This document shows, piece after piece, positions 42,747-52,990 of a stretch of DNA of 64,000 nucleotides (position 1 is its first letter; the number at the start of each line of letters is the position of its first letter). The DNA is taken from contig CAXXHG010000043.1 of assembly GCA_963666315.2 (NCBI GenBank), forward strand, positions 640,001-704,000. The letters run 5' to 3'. Both the position numbers and the translations under genes were made by a program. The notes below the pieces were generated by a model, which saw only the letters and a list, made by a program, of their open reading frames with translations, was not told the DNA's origin and did no database searches. Source of the DNA: Candidatus Binatia bacterium. Lineage in GTDB: Bacteria > Desulfobacterota > Binatia > Bin18.

Positions 42747-43553
42747 TTGCTACGAGTAGCACCTTTCTTTATACTCTTCGCCTATGCAGGCAGGAGCGTG
42801 GGGGGGCTGTGCAGCCTGATTTTTATTCTAGCGGGATGTGGTCATACTACACGGTCAGCGACCGCTACTCGGACGATGCTTGCTCCGCCTGGCCACCCCC
42901 CTGGGGTGCATCCGTTGCAGTCCGAAAGTGAGCTCACGAATTTCAATAATCTCAATCCGCAGCCTGGCAGAACTCCGGTTATACACGCTTCACTCTTCGT
43001 CCAAACTGGAATGGCTTCCTGGTACGGGCCGGGGTTTCATGGCAAGCTGACGGCCAATGGGGAAATCTATAACCAATACGACATGACGGCCGCCCATCGG
43101 AGCTTGCCCCTCGGCACTCGTGTCATGGTAACGAATCTCCGAACAGGACAAGCCGTTGAGGTGCGCATTAATGACCGCGGTCCATTTGTCGAAGGGCGTA
43201 TTATTGACTTGTCCTTTGTTGCGGCAAAAAGTATTGGCGTCTACGGGCCAGGGGTCGTAACCGTACGGCTGGAGGTCATTTCCGCCCCGACACGAGTGCT
43301 CTCGGTGTTGTACGCAGTCCAAGTCGGCTCGTATACCGACGCGGCCAAAGCGGCAACGTTCAAATAATATCTCACCAGGCGCTTCACGCCGGTTTATATC
43401 AGTCCGTTTTCAACAAGTCGTTTTCGTTACTACCAAGTGCGCTTAGGTCCGTTTGTAGAACGGCGGCAAGCGGAGCAGCAGGCCCGGGCTCTTGCTCAGA
43501 CTGGAATGTACGCGGTTATAGTTGAAGAAGACGATCGGTGGGCTGAATGGTAA
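42747..43553 (+). pseudogene. rlpA: RlpA lytic transglycosylase with in-frame TAA inside the SPOR domain
   Basis: ASWYG..FHG..TANGE, TAAH, RINDRGPF; after TAA 43365-43367 the frame continues YYQVRLGPF...to TAA 43553. Confidence 0.85.
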
Positions 43554-43569
43554 AGCAACGGAAAATCGG

Positions 43570-43896
43570 TCAGTCTTCTCTCCGCGTCTCTCGCTGAATC
43601 CAGTCTAGATAATTCTGTGCCCCGGCCAGAATGGGTAGGGCGATAACCTCCGGCACCTCGTAGGAATGCAGCGTACGGACGCGTGTGGCTAACGCATCGA
43701 ATACATCCGCTTGTGTCTTGATCATCAGCAGCCATTCCCGATCATCGGCAATGCCGCCTTGCCAGCGGTAGAACGAACGGACCGGACTGATGATATTTAC
43801 GCATGCCGCTAGGCGCTCTTCGACGAGAGTTTTGGCAATGCTTTCGGCTTCGGCCTCGGAGCCGGCGGTAACGAAGACGACAATATGCTGTGTCAT
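43570..43896 (-). CDS. cutA: Divalent-cation tolerance protein CutA
   Basis: LVEERLAACVN, S.Y.WQG, HSYEVPE. Confidence 0.95.
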   Translation of the reverse strand: MTQHIVVFVTAGSEAEAESIAKTLVEERLAACVNIISPVRSFYRWQGGIADDREWLLMIKTQADVFDALATRVRTLHSYEVPEVIALPILAGAQNYLDWIQRETRRED

Positions 43897-43931
43897 GCAA
43901 TATGCTGCGTTATGCAATATGCTGCGTCATG
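43881..43931. repeat. 17-bp tandem repeat x3 over the cutA start
   Basis: caatatgctgtgtcatg caatatgctgcgttatg caatatgctgcgtcatg. Confidence 0.9.
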
Positions 43932-44208
43932 AATGAGTCTCGCGCTCTGTTCCAGCGCGATTCAGACGCTCGCGGCTCAGACGCCGGCGCAGTTCACCGG
44001 ATGTCACCCGATATTTAAACGCTTTACGGCCATTGACAAAAAGCACCGGGATTTCCTGGCCAAAGCGGGCTTCTAGTTCTGCCTGTGCTGAGATGTCGAT
44101 TTCTTCAAGGTCAAAAGGCAAGTCGGACTCGACTTCAGCCAGAACGGCTTTCATGTCTTCACACAGGCAGCAGCCCGACCGAGAATATAACGTCAGCGGG
44201 ACGGCCAT
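43927..44208 (-). CDS. Glutaredoxin-like protein (DUF836 type)
   Basis: LYSRSGCCLCE, IDI, IPVL. Confidence 0.9.
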   Translation of the reverse strand: MAVPLTLYSRSGCCLCEDMKAVLAEVESDLPFDLEEIDISAQAELEARFGQEIPVLFVNGRKAFKYRVTSGELRRRLSRERLNRAGTERETHS

Positions 44209-45554
44209 GACGGCTCTTCGGGAGTGACTGAGGTTGGCGAAGGTTGCACCTCAGCAAGTTTTTCTATTTTCACTTGGGCAACATGATGGTTGTCGGTTTT
44301 AAGGATCGTCATGCGAACAGTATCGTATTCAAATGTCTCGTCAACTTCCGGAATGTGGCCGAGCCACTTATTAATGAGTCCGCTGACGCTGGTGTAATCA
44401 CTGCCCTCGGGAAGCTCGAATGCAGCAATACGATCATTGACATCTGCAACTGACAGTGAAGCATTCACAACATACGTATGCTCGTCCACCTGATGAATAT
44501 CGTCCGGCTCGATGTCGTATTCATCCTGGATTTCGCCGACCAGCTCCTCCAAGATGTCTTCCATCGTAACCAGGCCGGCTGTACTGCCAAATTCATCAAC
44601 AACAATCGCAATATGGACCTTGCGGTGCTGGAACTCACGCAGCAAGTCATCGATAGGTTTCGTTTCGGGCACATAATACACAGATCGTAGCAGGTCGCGC
44701 AGGATAATCAGGTCACGATGTTCCATCAGGGTAAGCAGATCCTTGGCATGTACGATGCCGAGGATGGTGTCGAGTGAGCCCTCATACACCGGCACGCGGC
44801 TATACCCGCCTTCGACCAAGAGCTTCACCAAGTCATTCGACGGTGCGGTCACGTCCATGGCTGCGATATGTGTTCGTGGAACCATGATTTCCCGAACCAC
44901 CGTCTCACCAAACTCAAAGACATTCTCGATGAGTTCGTGCTCCTCCTCTTCTATGGTGCCGCCTGCACGGCCCTGCTCAAGAAGAAATCGGAGTTCTTCT
45001 CCAGAGTGGTAGTGAGCAGACTCGCCTGCAGGCTCAACGCCAAAGAGACGCAGCACCTGGTTAGCGGCCCAGTTCAGGACACTAATGACTGGGGAAAAAA
45101 TGAGAGCAAAAAACCAGAGCGGATAGGCAATGGCCAGCGTTGTGGACTGGGGATGTTGAATCGCCAGCGATTTTGGTGCGAGTTCGCCAAAGACAATATG
45201 CAGAAATATGATAAAGAGAAAGGCAATAGGCAGTGCGATCTGGTGTGCCAGCTCGGGGTCAACTGCAAACCCAGCCAAGTGCATTGCCTCGATGATAAGT
45301 TTGGCCACAACCGGCTCCCCAATCCATCCCAACCCAAGCGAGGCCAGCGTAATCCCGAGCTGGGTCGCGGACAGGTAGGCATCCAGGTGGGAAATGAGAT
45401 GCTGGCCCAGCTTGGCCGTTCGGCTGCCAGTTTGAACGAGCAGTTCGATTTGAGAGGCGCGGACTTTCACGATCGCGAACTCTGCCGCGACAAAAAATGC
45501 GTTGGCTAGGACTAACAAGAGTGCGATCAATAGGCCGAGGGTCGGACTCTCCAT
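44193..45554 (-). CDS. Hemolysin-family CNNM/CBS/CorC membrane protein
   Basis: NAFFVAAEFA, QLGIT, GELAPK, IMVPR, VVDEFG..AGLVT.EDILEELVGEI.DE. Confidence 0.95.
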   Translation of the reverse strand: MESPTLGLLIALLLVLANAFFVAAEFAIVKVRASQIELLVQTGSRTAKLGQHLISHLDAYLSATQLGITLASLGLGWIGEPVVAKLIIEAMHLAGFAVDPELAHQIALPIAFLFIIFLHIVFGELAPKSLAIQHPQSTTLAIAYPLWFFALIFSPVISVLNWAANQVLRLFGVEPAGESAHYHSGEELRFLLEQGRAGGTIEEEEHELIENVFEFGETVVREIMVPRTHIAAMDVTAPSNDLVKLLVEGGYSRVPVYEGSLDTILGIVHAKDLLTLMEHRDLIILRDLLRSVYYVPETKPIDDLLREFQHRKVHIAIVVDEFGSTAGLVTMEDILEELVGEIQDEYDIEPDDIHQVDEHTYVVNASLSVADVNDRIAAFELPEGSDYTSVSGLINKWLGHIPEVDETFEYDTVRMTILKTDNHHVAQVKIEKLAEVQPSPTSVTPEEPSWPSR

Positions 45555-45695
45555 GCGTGCGCTTCACACCTCCTGATTGGTCAGGGTGCACCACGACGGA
45601 GACTGAGGCCATCGGTCACCAGATGGGGGGTCATCCATATCTTGGAAAGCATAATACGAGTTGGCTCTGTATTGCAAGTGGGAAAATCTGTCGCA

Positions 45696-47753
45696 TCACC
45701 CTGCGCCCTCGTTTTCCGTGAGAAATAGATGGATAGCCTCGACTGAGAGGGGCGTCCAATGCTCGGCCAGCGCAACAGCCGCTTGAACGGCTGTCCGTTC
45801 ACTCGCACCAATCACCTCACGGGTGACGGCATACTGCCGGGTGTGGACCTGGAGCCGAATACTGTTGCCGTTTTCCGTCCAAGCTGATTGTTGGAGAAGA
45901 ATGGGAGCCATGGGTAAAGAGACAATGACGTCATGTAGGAGCGGATCATCGCCATCAACGAGAAAATGGCACCGAGAGCCCACAGTCTGACACAGGACCT
46001 GCATTTCGTCCTGGAGTGTCCGCAGCAGGTCAACGTCGGTACTATAGCTGGGGGTCAGAGTGGTCAGAATAGCAATATCCGGCACAACGGTCCGCAAGAG
46101 CTGGCGCATATCTCCCTGACTCCGCGTACCAAATTCGAGCACGAGTACCTCGACCGCATCTTGACTCAAGAATGCAGTCCACACGGCCTGGCAAAAGGCC
46201 CGGATCAGGCTCCCCCAGCGCAATGATCCTAATTCGATGTTCAGCACGGCGAGGGGCAAGCCTATCTCGGTATTATAGGAGCGTGGGTTGGTTTGGACGT
46301 GGTAACGCATGGCCAGCAACTCGGCCACTATGCGTTTCACCACAGTCTTGCCGTGACTGCCGGCAATTGCGATGACACGCGGCTTTTTACGCCACACAAA
46401 GACGCGCGCTAGCGCTTGGAGAGCAAGGATAGCGCATCGTCGCAACCGGTGCCGCGCAAAGGGATGAGAGGCGATAAGAGGAGCTGGAGACTGACGGTCG
46501 GGCGCTGAACCGTGGACAGCGGTGTGAGCTGTGTGGACGCGATCCGAGTGAGGCTGCGTGGTGGCTGGGGAACAAAAATAGTCTTCCAGACGTGCAAAGG
46601 CGGTTTCAATATCATTCGCTTCGCGGCCAAAGTTGAAGCGCAGATGGGCCTCTCCGCTTGGACCAAACGCAATACCCGGAACAAGGGCAACTTTTGCTTT
46701 CTCGAGAATATCGCGCGCGAGCGTGTGTGAATTCCGTGCGCCGGCCACAGTGTCTTTGACACGTGGAAAAACAAAATACGCGCCTTCCGGTTTCTGGTAG
46801 TCAAACACGTGGGACAGCCGGTCGAGATGGGTCAGAGTCAGATCTCGGCGGGCCTTAAATGCCTGTCGAAATGCCATGAGGTGCTCGTGACCGTCTTCCA
46901 GCGCCGCCAGCGCGGCGTACTGCGAGACAACGGGCGCACACGTCACCAATGCGTCATGCACTTTAAGGATTTCTTGGACATTGCGTACCGCGGAATGCAG
47001 ATAGCCCACGCGCCAGCCGGTCATGGCGTACGCTTTTGAGAAGGTGAAGATGCGGACAACGCGGTTCCGTACGTCTGCGATCTGGGCCGGACTAAAATAT
47101 GCCTCTTTGGTGAAAACAAAATCTTTGTACGCCTCATCACTAATGAGGAGGAGGTCGTGCCGTTCGGCTAAGGCAACAAGTGCGCGGGTTTCCGCCTGCG
47201 AGAACACGGTGCCGGTGGGATTGTTCGGATTACAGTACAGGATGGCTCGGGTGCGCGTGGACAGACACCGTTCGAACGCCTCTTCGTCAAACGCAAAATT
47301 GTGTTCTTCCAGCAAAGGGGCGAACCGCGGGGTACAGCCTGCCATGCGGACGACCTCTTGATAGGAGGCATAACTCGGAGACGGAAGAATCACCTCATCC
47401 CCCGGTTGTGTCAGAGTGAGCAGCGTTGCAGCGATGGCCTGGATAGACCCGCAGGAGATAATGATTTCCTGGTCCGGGTCGTAGTGCATGCCTTCGCGTA
47501 GGAGAGACTCTGCAACGCATTCACGCAGTTGCGGCAGGCCCGGAGTGAGCGAATATGTGGCGCACGCGCCTTCTGCAATTTTTTGTTGCACAAAAGCCTT
47601 AATCGGCTCAGGTGTGTCAAAGCTCGGGATGCCTTGGGCTAGAGAAACTACGCCGGGAATCCGACTGGCTGCCAGCTCGATCTCTTTAATCGGGGAAAGT
47701 TTGACCTCGGCAGTCCGAACAAAGTGTCGATTTTCTCCCTTTCTGCGGTCCAC
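45696..47753 (-). CDS. Class I/II PLP aminotransferase fused to a Mur-ligase central domain
   Basis: NPNNPTG, SDEAY, FSKAYAMTGWRVG; then AGSHGKT, SYNTEIGLPL, VLVLEFG, PDIAILT. Confidence 0.88.
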   Translation of the reverse strand: MDRRKGENRHFVRTAEVKLSPIKEIELAASRIPGVVSLAQGIPSFDTPEPIKAFVQQKIAEGACATYSLTPGLPQLRECVAESLLREGMHYDPDQEIIISCGSIQAIAATLLTLTQPGDEVILPSPSYASYQEVVRMAGCTPRFAPLLEEHNFAFDEEAFERCLSTRTRAILYCNPNNPTGTVFSQAETRALVALAERHDLLLISDEAYKDFVFTKEAYFSPAQIADVRNRVVRIFTFSKAYAMTGWRVGYLHSAVRNVQEILKVHDALVTCAPVVSQYAALAALEDGHEHLMAFRQAFKARRDLTLTHLDRLSHVFDYQKPEGAYFVFPRVKDTVAGARNSHTLARDILEKAKVALVPGIAFGPSGEAHLRFNFGREANDIETAFARLEDYFCSPATTQPHSDRVHTAHTAVHGSAPDRQSPAPLIASHPFARHRLRRCAILALQALARVFVWRKKPRVIAIAGSHGKTVVKRIVAELLAMRYHVQTNPRSYNTEIGLPLAVLNIELGSLRWGSLIRAFCQAVWTAFLSQDAVEVLVLEFGTRSQGDMRQLLRTVVPDIAILTTLTPSYSTDVDLLRTLQDEMQVLCQTVGSRCHFLVDGDDPLLHDVIVSLPMAPILLQQSAWTENGNSIRLQVHTRQYAVTREVIGASERTAVQAAVALAEHWTPLSVEAIHLFLTENEGAG

Positions 47754-47896
47754 AGTGCGTCAATCTCCTTTTGTCATTGGTGGGATGGGTGGGACGTACG
47801 GGTGAGATGTACGGTACCCAGGACCCTATGGCTTTGCAATGTGGTAGGCAGTTGGGATATATCCCGGACAAGAACTACAAGCATAAGGAGGGCCGC

Positions 47897-48580
47897 ATGA
47901 GCGAACGTTTTTTTTCTGAAGAGGAAATTCGCCAAATGGAAAAACGCACGGTTGATCGATTGACCGAAGCCATAGAAGCCGGTGACACAGAAAAGGCGAA
48001 AAAGATTGCCCAACGTATGTATAACGAATTTCTCAGCATGCACGACCTGTACCGCAACTGGACCACTGCCACTTTGAGCGAGGTTGGGCGTCGTTTTGGT
48101 GATGAGGTACTTGAAGAGATCATGGCCGAAGGAGTCAAAGCCTGGTGGCTGCCTAGTCTGGAGAAGATGCCCTCAGAGCCTGAAGCCTTGCCAAAGAAGA
48201 TCAAAATGTTCATTGCCGGGTTGCACGGCCATCTACAACCCATGAATATTGAAGAAGATGATGAAAAGGTCGTTATTCAGATGCGTCCGTGTGGGAGTGG
48301 CGGACGGCTTGTCCTGGAAGGAAAGTACGAAGGTCCGAATGCGTTTCATACTGTGGAGAAACCGCAGCGTATGACCTATGGCCGGGAAAATTTCCCAGTT
48401 TATTGTGCGCATGAACCATCCATGGAGCTGGTGGATATTGAAAAGAACGGCAAGCCGTTTGTGGTGGTTGAACCGGCCGCCGTGCTTGGAAAAGAACACT
48501 GCTCATTTATTATTTATAAAGACCCGGACAAAGTCCCGAAAAAATATTACGAACGCCTGGGCCTCAAGAAGCCGGAATAG
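47897..48580 (+). CDS. Hypothetical protein with His/Cys motifs
   Basis: AAGGAGG RBS; GLHGH, PCGSGGR, YCAHE. Confidence 0.8.
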   Translation: MSERFFSEEEIRQMEKRTVDRLTEAIEAGDTEKAKKIAQRMYNEFLSMHDLYRNWTTATLSEVGRRFGDEVLEEIMAEGVKAWWLPSLEKMPSEPEALPKKIKMFIAGLHGHLQPMNIEEDDEKVVIQMRPCGSGGRLVLEGKYEGPNAFHTVEKPQRMTYGRENFPVYCAHEPSMELVDIEKNGKPFVVVEPAAVLGKEHCSFIIYKDPDKVPKKYYERLGLKKPE

Positions 48581-48609
48581 ATCTGATTCACCGGCTGTAA
48601 GGAGCACGT

Positions 48610-49815
48610 ATGCTAGCGGCTGGAGTCGGCTTATCGAAACAGCAGGACACGGAACTGGCCACGCGCGAAGCCGTACACACTGCCCTCAGCCGAGCGGGGA
48701 GTGATACGGCCGATTTTGTCGTAGTCTTTGCGACTGCGCATCATGGCGCAGCCTACGGTCGTCTGCTGCGAACCGTGCGAGAGATGACGCAAGCAGATCA
48801 CGTTGTTGGCTGTAGTGCCGGCGGGGTGCTCACGTCAGACGGCGAAGTCGAGCGCTCTCCAGGTGTGGCTGTTTTGACCGTGCGCTCGGATACGCTGTCG
48901 GCTCAACGTTTCTTCGTGCCCCGGCTTCGCGGCCGTGCGGATGCACTCGGCCAAGAGATCGTCTCCAGCATGAAGCCGCACCTGGGCCAGGAGAATCTGA
49001 CCGTAGTCTTTCCAGATACCTATAATTTTGACTCTCGTGCCTTCTTCCAAGGCATAGCGCAAGGAATAGCAGAGGCCGGCTTGCCGGATGTTCCCTTTGT
49101 GGGTGGCGGAGCGTCAGAAGACGGCAGCCTGGGCGAGACCTTCCAGTTGTGTGGGGAGACGGTCGGCAATGACGCGGTGAGCGGCGTTCTGCTCACCGGC
49201 CATTTTATCCATACGATTAGTGTCACCCAGGCATGCCAGCCCATTAGCCCCATCTATACCGTTACCAAAGCGCATGGAAATCTTCTTTTGGAGCTGGACG
49301 GAAAGCCGGCTTTTGAAGTCTTCTCTAATGCGGTCAGCGCGCCGTTGCGGGAAGATTTGCAGCGTGCCGCCGCGTTTATCTTTGTCGGCTTGCCCGTTGA
49401 TGCTGAACGCCAGCATATTGCGCCGGGCGAATATATCGTTCGCAATATTACGGGTTTTGATCCGGAACGCGGCATTGTTGCGGTGGGTGACGAGATTGTC
49501 GAGGGTCAGAAATTGATCTTCACCCTCCGTGACGGTAATGGCGCACGGACAGATCTCAAACGCACCCTGGAAGAACAGGCTCAAAACTGGCAGGCCGGCA
49601 GGCCGGCATTCGGCCTGTATTTCAATTGCGTGGGCCGGGGGAGTGGTCTGTACGGCATTCCCGATATCGACACCTCATATCTGAGCCAATATCTGGAATC
49701 TGTGCCGATTGTCGGGTTTTTTACCGGTTGTGAGATCGCTCCCATTCAGCACCAGGCATGGGTGCACCAGTATTCCGGGGTACTGGTCCTGGTTGGGGAA
49801 AAGAATCTACACTGA
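48610..49815 (+). CDS. FIST domain protein
   Basis: VGCSAGG, GGGAS, QAC.PI, FNCVGRG, GFFTGCEI. Confidence 0.93.
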   Translation: MLAAGVGLSKQQDTELATREAVHTALSRAGSDTADFVVVFATAHHGAAYGRLLRTVREMTQADHVVGCSAGGVLTSDGEVERSPGVAVLTVRSDTLSAQRFFVPRLRGRADALGQEIVSSMKPHLGQENLTVVFPDTYNFDSRAFFQGIAQGIAEAGLPDVPFVGGGASEDGSLGETFQLCGETVGNDAVSGVLLTGHFIHTISVTQACQPISPIYTVTKAHGNLLLELDGKPAFEVFSNAVSAPLREDLQRAAAFIFVGLPVDAERQHIAPGEYIVRNITGFDPERGIVAVGDEIVEGQKLIFTLRDGNGARTDLKRTLEEQAQNWQAGRPAFGLYFNCVGRGSGLYGIPDIDTSYLSQYLESVPIVGFFTGCEIAPIQHQAWVHQYSGVLVLVGEKNLH

Positions 49816-49843
49816 GCTCCACTGATTTTGTCCGAGCCCACGA

Positions 49844-50221
49844 CTAAAACGGCCACAGACTGCTGAGAAAGCTCGGATCTTCTTCGCTCCGGGCAGGCTG
49901 GGCCTCTTCTTCGTCTCCGCCAAAGCCCTTGAACGGGTTATACTTGGAGAGCAGACCCGGCTTAGTGATCGTCTCACCTGGTGCGGGTTCAAAGTCACGC
50001 GCACTGCCATAGACGGGCACTGACGGTGTGAAAGACATGGGCTCCTGCCCCGCCGTTCTGGCATAGCGTGGCAGGCAGCAGATGTCTCCGTAGCAACACG
50101 CGGCCTCTTTTTCGCAACATTCGATTTTTTTCCTCGCGAACGGACCCCACGAACAGGCGTAGGCAAGAAAAAGAAAGCCCAGCAAAAAATAATAGGTTTT
50201 GAAACTGCTAGTTTTGTTCAT
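49844..50221 (-). CDS. Small Cys-rich putative lipoprotein
   Basis: Signal peptide ending LAYAC; ECCEKEAACCYGDICC. Confidence 0.6.
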   Translation of the reverse strand: MNKTSSFKTYYFLLGFLFLAYACSWGPFARKKIECCEKEAACCYGDICCLPRYARTAGQEPMSFTPSVPVYGSARDFEPAPGETITKPGLLSKYNPFKGFGGDEEEAQPARSEEDPSFLSSLWPF

Positions 50222-50345
50222 AAATAGCTTGGACCTACGGTCACAGATGGTCAGAAAATACCCTGACAACCACCACGCCCATGCGCGTGACCCGCAGTGG
50301 GCGTTACCATAGCACGAGGGGAAAGAAGAAACAGGATACCTGACA

Positions 50346-50546
50346 CTACCTCTTGGCGAACGTCTGCCCAAACTTGAGACACTACTGGCGCACGGCTTCG
50401 TAGCTGACGATCACTCCACGCTCGGCTAGTATCTCCTCGACATCGCGGAAGCTGAGGCTAAATCGATGGTAGAGCCAGACGGAGTGAGTAATGATTTTAG
50501 GCGGAAACCGATGATTTCTATAGAGACTTATGGTACGGGGGGGCAT
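50346..50546 (-). mobile_element. IS6-family transposase remnant
   Basis: YRNHRFPPKIITHSVWLYHRFSLSFRDVEEILAERGVIVSYEAVRQ*CLKFG. Confidence 0.85.
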
Positions 50547-50640
50547 ATCTCAATTACGGCATGCAGAGTCACTGCTGTACAAGGGCCTCGATAACTCGAC
50601 AGTACCCTTTTAGATTCGAAACGAAGGACAAATTATCGGC

Positions 50641-51240
50641 ATGCCAAACAAGATCATAGACTTGTACTGGGACCTGGGGAGTACCAACACCTATTTCGCC
50701 ATCAAGTTGATCCAGCCCATTACTGCCCGCTACGGCGCTGAGATTCGATGGCATCCATTCAACCTGGGGTACGTGTTCAAATCGAACCACTATGTCTTGA
50801 TGGAGGAGCCGCGAGACAAGCTCAAGAATCGGTTTGATGATCTGATGCGCTGGGCAAAGAAGTACGATCTGCCCTTTCATATACCAACCAATTTCCCAAT
50901 CAAAACAGCCCGCGCCCTCAGAGGCGCGCTGGCCATGAGAAAGTGAGACCTCGAGCTGAAGTACATCGAGGCGATCTTCTCGGCGTATTGGGAGCAGGAC
51001 GTCGGCACTATTGGCGAATATGAGGAGTTGAGCCGAATCGCGGAAGCCCTGGGCGTTGACCCAAGCGCATTCATAGCCGTGAGCGACAGCGAGAAAATCC
51101 GTCAGGGGCTTATCGATTCAACAAATCTCGCTCGCGAACGGGGCGTGTTTGGCGCCCCATCGATCATAATCGAAGACGAGCTGTATTGGGGCAAAGACCG
51201 GATGGACTTCGTTGAGGACCATCTCGCGAGGCTGGACTAG
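50641..51240 (+). pseudogene. 2-hydroxychromene-2-carboxylate isomerase/DsbA family, in-frame TGA at 50944-50946
   Basis: YWDLGSTNTY...GVFGAPS...YWGKDR, with both halves in one frame. Confidence 0.88.
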
Positions 51241-51354
51241 CACCGCGAACGCAGAGCAGTCTTGGTGTCTATCTACTCTAGGGTCAAAAGGAAGTTTCGC
51301 ACTGTACCCTCTCATGTTCCCATATTGCTTAAGTCGGGTCAGACTGGTCAGACT

Positions 51355-52781
51355 CTGAGGGATCCCCACGAATCACACCAAAAAAGCGTCTAAAAACAAG
51401 AGGATAAAAAAATCGATCCCTCCAGGGGACCGGTCCGGTGCGTCTCGATCTGCTCTAATGCGGAGCAAAATCAGGATCAGAGGAGACCGCACCGTGCCAG
51501 CTTAACACGTCTTACGCACATTGCTCAACGACACCTGTTCCACCATGCATCAAGCCCGGCGGCGGGCCCTTGAGGTGACTGTGCTGGCCGCCTTGTCCGG
51601 GGCACGCTTGACGGTGACGGCTTTAGGCCGCTCCATCGCGAGCCGGGCGAAACAGAAGCATTGCATTAAACGAGCGGACCGCTTGTTATCGAACACGCAC
51701 CTCCACCGGGAACGTGGCGCCATTTATGCGGAGCTGGTTCGCCGGCTTATCGGCAGGTGCCACCGCCCCATCATCCTGGTGGATTGGTCGGACCTGGGTA
51801 ACTGCAAGCGCCATTTTTTACTGCGCGCTGCCGTAGCGGTGAAAGGGCGGTCGGTCACCTTGTATGAGAAAGTGCATACGATCCAGACCAAAGAAAAACC
51901 CAAGAGCCATCGCCATTTTCTGCAGACACTGAAGGGGATGTTAGCGGCGGATTGCTCCCCCCTCATCGTTTCCGACGCCGGCTTTCGCGTCCCCTGGTTT
52001 AAGTTAGTCGAGTCGTTGGGCTGGGATTGGCTCGGGCGCGTCAGGAACCGGACGTTTGTACAATTAGCGGAGGAGGAGCCCTGGTTTCCCTGTAAAGCCC
52101 TGTACCTCCTGGCCACCAAAACACCCCAAGCCCTGGGGCAAGCTTGCATGGCCCAGAGCAACCCCCTGGCCTGCCACCTCGTGCTGTACAACGCCCCGTC
52201 CCAAGGACGCGTGCATAAGAATCGCCTCGGGCACAAAGCGCGGAATGCCCGCAGTCGACGATACGCCGTCTCAACCACAGAACCGTGGCTCTTAGCCACC
52301 TCGCTCCCGCCATGTTCTCACTTCGCCAAGCAGGTTGTTGCGTGGTATGCCTTGCGCATGCAAATCGAAGAAGCTTTCCGCGATCTCAAGAGCACGCGCT
52401 TTGGGTTGTCATTGGAACACCATCTGACCCAGCACGTCGAACGTTTACAAGTCCTGTTGTTGATTGCGCTGTTGGCCTTGATGGTGGCTTGGCTGATGGG
52501 GAAAGCGACGGAATTAACAGGCCAACAGTGGCAATATCAAGCCAACACCGTGAGGCGGCGGACAGTCCTCTCGACGATTTTTATTGGCTTCATCGTGAGT
52601 GCCGATAGACGGACCACACTCACTGCACAGGACCTCACCGGCGCGTGGGAATCGTTGCTGGAGAGTAGTCAGTCCCATTGTCTGTGCCCGCTGATCGAGG
52701 CGGCGGCGACCACTCGCAACAGGGCCGCGTGAACCCCCATGAACTTCCTCGAAATTACTCCTATTCGTGGGGATCCCTCAG
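51355..52781 (+). mobile_element. IS4-family (IS10-like) insertion sequence
   Basis: Perfect 19-bp IRs ctgagggatccccacgaat; 9-bp flanks ggtcagact/ggtcagacc. Confidence 0.93.
51494..52732 (+). pseudogene. IS4 DDE transposase, TAA at codon 4
   Basis: AGGAG then GTG CCA GCT TAA; LVDWS, SDAGF, Y..RMQIEE.FRDLK. Confidence 0.8.
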
Positions 52782-52829
52782 GGTCAGACCCGATTTATTA
52801 GCAACGTAAAACTTACAGGCAATGCTCAG

Positions 52830-52976
52830 GATATCGTTGTTGTTGGCCGTGTTGCCGGTGAACGTGTTGAAATCCCCTTTTATGTTAAAGCCTTCGTCAT
52901 CGTTCCCATTTGCTGTGTTGTTAGTGAACTCGTTGTTATCTCCATTAACCGCGAAGCCTTCATCGTCGTTGCCGGC
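52830..52976 (-). pseudogene. Parallel beta-helix repeat fragment
   Basis: GNDDEGFAVNGDNNEFTNNTAN GNDDEGFNIKGDFNTFTGNTAN (22-aa period). Confidence 0.6.
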
Positions 52977-52990
52977 TCACAGCTCATCGC

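Noticed and set aside
43881-43931. CRISPR-like array from short repeats (also at 3993 and 4213)
   Set aside because: Head-to-tail repeats without spacers; no cas genes in the window.
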